Sequence record: MZ617138.1
DNA length: 410 nucleotides
Reading direction: 5' to 3' (one strand)
Source: a phage
Shown piece by piece: positions 1 through 410 of the stretch (its first letter is position 1; the number at the start of each line of letters is the position of its first letter). The position numbers and the translations under genes were made by a program. The notes beneath the pieces are model-generated. The model was not told where the DNA came from and did no database searches. It worked only from the letters and a program-made list of their open reading frames with translations.

Positions 1-410
1 AGCGGTGATACATTGATGGTCTGCTGACTGCTGATGTGATGATTTTCGACATTGAAGACGCGATGAACCACTATGACGTGGCTGGCGAGTATTCCAACCA
101 GCTAGGTGAGGCTCTGGCCATCGCTGCCGACGGTGCGGTTTTAGCTGAAATGGCTATCCTGTGTAACCTTCCAGCTGCTCCAATGAGAACATTGCTGGCC
201 TAGGCACCGCCTCCGTACTGGAAGTTGGTACTAAAGCTGACCTCAATACCCCGGCTAAACTGGGTGAAGCAATCATTGGCCAATTGACCATTGCTCGTGC
301 GAAGCTGACCTCCAACTACGTTCCTGCTGGCGACCGTTACTTCTACACCACGCCTGATAACTACTCTGCAATCCTCGCGGCTCTCATGCCCAACGCCGCC
401 AACTACGCGA
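1..410 (+). CDS. Major capsid protein, T7 gp10A-like (HK97-fold capsid of T7-like podophage), internal fragment truncated at both window edges. Frame is interrupted twice as sequenced (apparent 1-nt deletions near 11/12 and 183/184), so it may be a pseudogene or carry sequencing errors.
   Basis: Hand translation. Frame 1, 1-11: SGDT. Frame 3, 12-182: IDGLLTADVMIFDIEDAMNHYDVAGEYSNQLGEALAIAADGAVLAEMAILCNLPAAP. Frame 2, 185-409: ENIAGLGTASVLEVGTKADLNTPAKLGEAIIGQLTIARAKLTSNYVPAGDRYFYTTPDNYSAILAALMPNAANYA. These align colinearly with T7 gp10A recalled from memory (TIDGLLTADVLIYDIEDAMNHYDVRSEYTSQLGESLAMAADGAVLAEIAGLCNVESKYNENIEGLGTATVIETTQNKAALTDQVALGKEIIAALTKARAALTKNYVPAADRVFYCDPDSYSAILAALMPNAANYA). 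Spacing between conserved blocks is preserved once one base is restored at each break. No database search was run. Confidence 0.85.

Noticed and set aside
21-35. Short direct repetition ctgctga-ctgctga
   Set aside because: Explained by codon content (Leu-Leu-Thr-Ala-Asp in a CTG-rich gene). Too short, and it has no partner elsewhere in the window.
199-204. CCTAGG palindrome containing the premature TAG
   Set aside because: It is a single 6-bp palindrome of the kind expected by chance. In the correct frame 2 it simply encodes Gly-Leu-Gly (ggc cta ggc). Not a regulatory or repeat element.
39-388. Internal ATG codons (39-41, 63-65, 150-152, 183-185, 386-388) as possible gene starts
   Set aside because: All are internal Met codons or out-of-frame ATGs inside the capsid coding region, and none has a Shine-Dalgarno-like purine-rich motif 5-10 nt upstream. 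The ATG at 183-185 is an artefact of the frameshift and is followed by a stop six codons later.
1-410. Possible programmed -1 ribosomal frameshifting that would rescue the two frame breaks
   Set aside because: Neither break site has a slippery heptamer of the X XXY YYZ type (site 1 is t gat aca ttg, site 2 is c cca atg aga), and no obvious downstream stem-loop or pseudoknot was seen. The known frameshift in T7 gene 10 lies at the 3' end of 10A, outside this window.
1-410. Genes on the minus strand
   Set aside because: I scanned for the reverse complements of stop codons (tta, cta, tca) on the + strand. All three minus-strand frames are interrupted repeatedly, and the longest open stretch is about 140 nt (203-343). 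That is not a credible ORF and has no independent support.
1-410. T7-type promoter, terminator or RNase III site inside the window
   Set aside because: No match to the T7 promoter core (taatacgactcactata) and no GC-rich hairpin followed by a T-run. The window is entirely intragenic.
1-410. Cloning or expression-vector origin (T7 gene 10 leader in pET or T7Select-type constructs)
   Set aside because: The fragment is internal to the capsid gene and differs from T7 itself at roughly 30% of amino-acid positions, so it comes from a T7 relative, not from a T7-derived vector.

Overview
The whole window is an internal fragment of one + strand gene: a T7-like (Autographiviridae) major capsid protein, homologous to T7 gene 10 / gp10A. 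Hand translation gives about 137 codons that align colinearly with gp10A as I recall it (the stretch IDGLLTADV...DIEDAMNHYDV...LAEIAGLCN...ENIEGLGTA...NYVPAADR...YSAILAALMPNAANYA), at roughly 70% identity. The reading frame is broken twice as sequenced: the coding frame runs frame 1 (1-11), then frame 3 (12-182), then frame 2 (185-410), and each switch is explained by a single missing nucleotide. Stop codons in all three forward frames confirm that no single frame crosses the window. I cannot tell from the sequence whether these are indel sequencing errors or real inactivating lesions. I find no RNA gene, CRISPR, mobile element, promoter, terminator or minus-strand gene, and nothing that points to a novel system; this reads as an ordinary phage structural gene fragment with two frame lesions. 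GC is about 50% (not counted exactly) and codon choice (CTG, GGT, GCT, AAC, TAC, GAC) fits a highly expressed gene of an enterobacterial-type phage.
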